A stretch of 64,000 nucleotides of DNA from assembly GCA_950097015.1 (NCBI GenBank), contig CATNEN010000038.1, positions 31,062,001 through 31,126,000 on the forward strand, given 5' to 3'. Every line of letters begins with the position of its first letter. Position 1 is the first letter of the stretch. The notes under the pieces were generated by a model that did not search any database, was not told the DNA's origin, and saw only the letters and a list, made by a program, of their open reading frames with translations. Below, piece after piece: positions 58,775-64,000 of this stretch. Position numbers and translations under genes: made by a program. Source of the stretch: Macrostomum hystrix. Lineage: Eukaryota; Animalia; Platyhelminthes.

Positions 58775-61525
58775 TCACCTAGCCGAATAGTACTTTCGTC
58801 CGTTGGCATTGGAGACTCGAGCGTACCTGGCCAGCAGGGAGCCGGGTGTGATCTTGTCGTAGCACACCGGCTCCAGGTATGGCTGCAGCTCCTCTATGGT
58901 CCATTTGGCGCGGGCCTGCGATGTTGAACAATACAAGCGACTGGATAGCTGCTTCAGAACTACTTCAAGTAGTAATAATTTAAATATAGCACCATGAAGG
59001 GGTTTGCCCCTCACCTTGAAGAGCTCGGCAAATCTGGGCGCATGGCCATCGGGTAGCTGATCAGCTGGGAAATATCTAATAGTGGCGCTGGAGTCAGCAC
59101 TGCCTGATTCGCCAGCATCAGCAGCAGCAGTCGTGACCAGAGAGAGGCCAGACAGATGGTCCAAGCTGACTGTGGCCGCGTCCGAGACGGCCTCCTGCCA
59201 CAGAGGCAGGAACACCGACAGTTTGTAGGCTGAGGCCAAGCGCAGTAGAAAGTGACCAAAGGTGCGACTGATCTATGCAATCGCAGCATGGGAGAGCTGT
59301 GCTTTGACACAACACAGGGATGCACACTACTTATTGACACCTCTGCTCATCTAACACTGACAGTCTGACACCTCTGCTCACCTCACTGACAGTCTGACAC
59401 CTCTGCTAATCTCCCACTGACAGTCTGACACCTGTGCTCACCTCACTGACAGTCTGAAACCTCTGCTAATCTCCCACTGACAGTCTGACACCTCTGCTAA
59501 TCTCCCACTGACAGTCTGACACCTCTGCTAATCTCACTGACAGTCTGACACCCCTGCTTACCTCCATGACAGTATCAGTTTATAACCAGCTCAATAAACC
59601 TCCCAAAAGCTGATCAACCTACCAGTCGGGTGTCAAGCTCTACAACGGAGCATCCGCCGTCGCTAGCCATTTTAGCATGCAACTGCAGCACCCGTTGCGT
59701 CACCCTGGGATCGTACAGATCAGCCAAGGCGTCACAGGCCGGCCTGCAGGGCAGGGCATTCAACGGCCAGTCGTGTTCAACAGCCGCAGACAGCAGGGCC
59801 GACAGGGCCTGTTGTTGCAGATCGTCGTGAAGCAGGCGAATTCGACCGTCCAACTCGATGGCACCAACGGAATCCAACAGGCGGGACAACTCCGAGTCGC
59901 TCATCTTCAAAACAGAAAACGGTGAAAAGTGTCTGTTGATTTTCTGAACGTAAGCAGGTGTCAGACTGTCAGTGAGGTGAGCAGAGGTGTCAGACTGTCA
60001 GTGTGAGGTGAGAAGAGGTGTCAGACTGTCAGTGTGAGGTGAGCAGAGGTGTCAGACTGTCAGTGTGAGGTGAGCAGAGGTGTCAGACTGTCAGTGTGAG
60101 GTGAGCAGAGGTGTCAGACTGTCAGTGTGAGGTGAGCAGAGGTGTCAGACTGTCAGTGTGAGGTGAGCAGAGGTGTCAGACTGTCAGTGTGAGGTGAGCA
60201 GAGGGGTCAGACTGTCAGTGTGAGGTGAGCAGAGGTGTCAGACTGTCAGTGTAATGTGAGCAGAGGTGTCAGACTGTCAGTGTGAGGTGAGCAGAGGTGT
60301 CAGACTGTCAGTGTGAGGTGAGCAGAGGTGTCAGACTGTCAGTGTGAGGTGAGCAGAGGGGTCAGACTGTCAGTGTGAGGTGAGCAGAGGTGTCAGACTG
60401 TCAGTGTGATGTGAGCAGAGGTGTCAGACTGTCAGTGTGAGGTGAGCAGAGGTGTCAGACTGTCAGTGTGAGGTGAGCAGAGGGGTCAGACTGTCTGTGG
60501 GAGAGTAGCCAATATGAACCAAATGGTAGCAGAAGCTACCAACCTGAGCAATGCTTCTCAACTGCTCCATAGTAGGCGACGCAGCTCGAGCAGCAGCGGC
60601 AGTCGGGTTGTCGGCCTCTTCCTGCTCTTCAACCAGGCCGCGGTAGCAGGCGGCAGCTGGCAGGTGGCAGCGCAGAGCGGCCGGGCCCGGCTTCACCCGA
60701 CGCAACTCGGCGTAGCTGTGCTTCACAGCCGCTATGCTGCACCGGCGCACCTTGGGTGAGAGGACAGGTAGGGTGAGAGGGCAGTTAGGGTGAGTGGATA
60801 GGTAGGGTGAGAGGACAGGTAGGGTGAGAGGACAGGTAGGGTGAGAGGACAGGTAGGGTGAGTGGACAGGTAGGGTGAGTGGACAGGTAGGGTGAGAGGA
60901 CAGGTAGGGTGAGAGGACAGGTAGGGTGAGAGGACAGGTAGGGTGAGAGGACAGGTAGGGTGAGAGGACAGGTAGGGTGAGTGGACAGGTAGGGTGAGAG
61001 GACAGGTAGGGTGAGTGGACAGGTAGGGTGAGAGGACAGGTAGGGTGAGTGGACAGGTAGAGTGAGGGGACAGGTAGGGTTAGTGGACAGGCAGAATAAA
61101 GTAATGGTAGTGTAAAGTTATAACACTGCATTAATAAGAAATACCATCCACAGGATGATTGCACTCACCTGAATGTCATTAAGCTCAGATTCCACAGCAG
61201 CAGTATCAGGAGGCATGATGGCATCAGTGGACAGCATCAAGCTATTAGAGGTTTCAACTTCTCGCACCTCAAATGTGCAGTCTGCAGTACACAACACAGC
61301 CTCCTGATCAGGCAAGCCTTTCACTTCCAGTCGATCTTCACCCTTCATCAGCCTAGTCAAAATAGCATCATCTAGTTCTAGCAGCATCACTTGATCATCA
61401 AGAAGCTGTGGCGCAAAGTGCACACTCTGAATTACAGGTTGCACTTCTGATACAGAAATTTTAGCCATAGACATTAGGCCAATTAGGTCCTCCTGGGTCC
61501 GATTTTCCAGTAGCTTGTTTTCCAT
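58775..61525 (-). CDS. DSCC1: Sister chromatid cohesion protein DCC1, 4 exons, ~447 aa
   Basis: Exons 61525-61169, 60750-60544, 59904-59623, 59272-58775, all phase 0. LLELD, KGLPDQEAVLCTADCTFEVREVETSNSLML, RFAELFKVR, KWTIEELQPYL, LLARYAR...KYYSAR. Confidence 0.92.
59335..59572. repeat. ~30-bp minisatellite (CACTGACAGTCTGACACCTCTGCTCACCT), DSCC1 intron 3
   Basis: About 8 copies; reverse complement of the intron 2 array. Confidence 0.93.
59950..60495. repeat. 31-bp minisatellite (GTGTCAGACTGTCAGTGTGAGGTGAGCAGAG), DSCC1 intron 2
   Basis: About 17 copies. Confidence 0.96.
60753..61091. repeat. 17-bp minisatellite (GGGTGAGAGGACAGGTA), DSCC1 intron 1
   Basis: About 19 copies abutting the exon 2 acceptor. 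Confidence 0.95.
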
Positions 61526-64000
61526 TTCAGCTTGAAAAAAATTTAAGTGAACATATTACAATCTCAATTATCTGGAGTTTTACTAGTTAAAATAGTTAAA
61601 TAAATAATGGAACATATATTTAACAGGGAAGGTTACTTATGGGTTAAAATTGCATAAAAAATATAGAACAACTAGAAAAAAACTTCTATTTTAGAAAAAG
61701 AGTTAGAAAAAGATTAACTACTTTATAAGTAAATTTAAAGTACCTACTGCTACAAAAATGTATTAGTCTTACTTAGATCTAACATCTACATTCTAACTGC
61801 TTGTTAAAGTTTAGAAAGATGCTATTTAATTATATCTTGTCTGTATTCACAAAGACTGCCTCTGCCCATATAAAATTCAGTGCCACACAGGGGGTCCATA
61901 GTGCACTTGGTGCACAATCAACATAAGAAATAATTTTATATCTTCACAAACCACAAAGAAAGTATGACAGTTGAGTAGCTAGCTAGGAAATTAGGGATAG
62001 AAGTTAAAGTTTCGTATCTATACCTACATGGATAATGATAGCTAGCAGCTTAAATAAGCTAAACCTTAATATTTTATAAGGCCCCAATTTTATTTTCTTT
62101 TTTTAGCTAGCCAAACAAGAAATGGCAGAGGACAAACAAAATCTTATTTTTGACTTCCCATATTGGTCATTGATCAATTCATGCACTAAACAGGATATAT
62201 GGTGACAGTCTTCAGCAAAAGTCTTTGTCAAAAGTGTTTTTGTAATTTATTGTTTTAATACTAATGTCATAATGTATTAAGGAGCCACAAAACATTCCAT
62301 GCTGATATGTTAATTTTCTTAATTTAATTACTTATAATAAACTTTCACTATGTTATTTATGCTATAACAAAATCTAGGACCATTAAAAGAAGGAGGGGCA
62401 CTTCACTTCATTTCTTACTTAATTTATTGAAGGCTGATTTTCACAGAAAAATGCTCTAGCAAGATAGTAACTTCTCACACTTTTCACATAAAAATGTTGA
62501 TAACTTTTATTGGAAGCAGATCAAATGCTGTTCTGTAACATATCTTGCAAATTGTGGTGCTTCTATGAATTTTAGAAAGTAGGCTAATTCATACATGTAT
62601 AATTGATCTTCATTTTTGGTTCATTTATCATGAAGCACAATACTTAGTCTATAACTATCTTATCACTAACTCTTTTAATTACTGTGGTACCCAAAAGCCA
62701 AAGAGCCCAATGTGATTGGCCATCCTTTGTGGTGCTTGAGCGCTGAAGCTCTTTGTGGTTATACTTTGTAATACTTCATGATGCATATTGTCATATGTTA
62801 ATTATATTGCCAAAAAATTTTCTTACTTTATACTTCCTATATCTTACTGTTGTTTATAATATATAAAAATAAAATACTTTTGACAGAAAGCCTTTTGACA
62901 AAAAGACCTGGAATCGGATAGGGGCCTATATGACACATTATTAGGGCCTATCTAGTAACTAAAAAACTGAAACTCTTGCTTATTGTGTAGCTTTCATAAG
63001 TATAAAAACGAGCAGAACAAATATGCATATGGACGCTATGCCGCCTATGCAAACTATTTAAATAGTGATCTAAAAGGTCGAAGTTAAAGCCAATGAAAAT
63101 ACACAACAAAAAGTTTGTAATGGTCGAAAATAAACTAATTAATATAAATGCACTATTGCTTTATTTAGGCCTAGTTAAAAAACCAACACACTTAGCGACT
63201 AGGTACTGACTCATATAACTATACTGGCATATAAACTATCAAGGCAATACATTTTAAAATCAAATCTTTCAAGAAATAAAAATGCTTAACTGAATAAGAT
63301 ACATTTGTATCAACATTAACACTCCGCGACTCGAACCACCACTTAAAGAACTTCAACGCGCTAATAGCTTTGTTCTAAGAAAATAGTAAGATTAAAACTG
63401 TTGGAATAGCCCAAATTCTGAGATATTTAAGAGTAGTAAAACAGCCGCTTTCACAAAAACTCGTTTATGCTAAAAGCGATAAAAATTAGTTACACTTCCA
63501 TTTTTAATTTATAATGTATCTCTGAGATTTATGTGTAAAACTTTAATAGTTAGGGTGAGCTTAAATGTAGGTTTGTAGCTCACGCAATAATATGCTTGCA
63601 ATAGCCTTTCTTTTGATTTGCAAAAAGCATGCGCAGTGACTTGCATTATACACTTAGCATTAAAAGCTAAAGGCTAACATTAAAAGCTAAAGTTGTATTG
63701 AAAGATTAAAATTTCCTACCAGAACAAAAATATCACCCATGATTCACTGTTTGACAACTTTGACGGGCAGCATAACCTGCAGCTGTGTTGTCGGTGCACC
63801 GATCCAAAAAACCAGTGTTCTCTCTCTTTCGTGCTCCCAAAGCTGGTTCAGCTTGGTTCCATGGGCGCGGGACGTAATGCCGACACAATGGAGTGCAATC
63901 TAGGTCCGAGCACATAATAAAGATCATGATCGTATATTTATACTCGCTCATAAAGCGCGCCTCCCTAGCTGAACAACAAGGCTCCTCGCAGCCGAAAGTT

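Noticed and set aside
63733-63951. 72-aa ORF at the window end
   Set aside because: No recognisable motif; may be part of a feature continuing outside the window

Overview
Eukaryotic (invertebrate) genomic DNA with GT-AG spliced genes. Its style (GC-rich exons, minisatellite-filled introns) suggests a free-living flatworm such as Macrostomum; this is inference only. I assembled by hand: TRAP1/HSP75 (-, 3' end outside the window), an intronless SLC46/PCFT-type MFS transporter (-), intronless AGMO (+), a frameshifted TRP(M)-like channel relic (-), cytosolic aconitase/IRP1 (+, 8 exons, ~884 aa), an unknown 417-aa low-complexity protein (-), Dicer (-, 16 exons, ~1806 aa, RNase III sites intact, helicase ATPase motifs degenerate), a type II membrane prolyl-4-hydroxylase-like protein apparently lacking its Fe-binding His residues (-), and DSCC1/DCC1 (-). 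Main pattern: about 23 of 32 introns hold their own minisatellite (11-34 bp units), and arrays in neighbouring introns often share a core. In DSCC1, the two introns flanking a phase-0/phase-0 exon carry the same repeat in inverted orientation, a predicted pre-mRNA fold-back. Mobile DNA includes three hAT-type MITEs with 8-bp TSDs, a Tc1-like MITE, a Helitron carrying minisatellites, two tRNA-derived SINE families, and a LINE-like 3' fragment sharing a stem-loop with one SINE family. Most repeat-derived ORFs in the ORF track are artefacts. No rRNA, intact tRNA or CRISPR was found.
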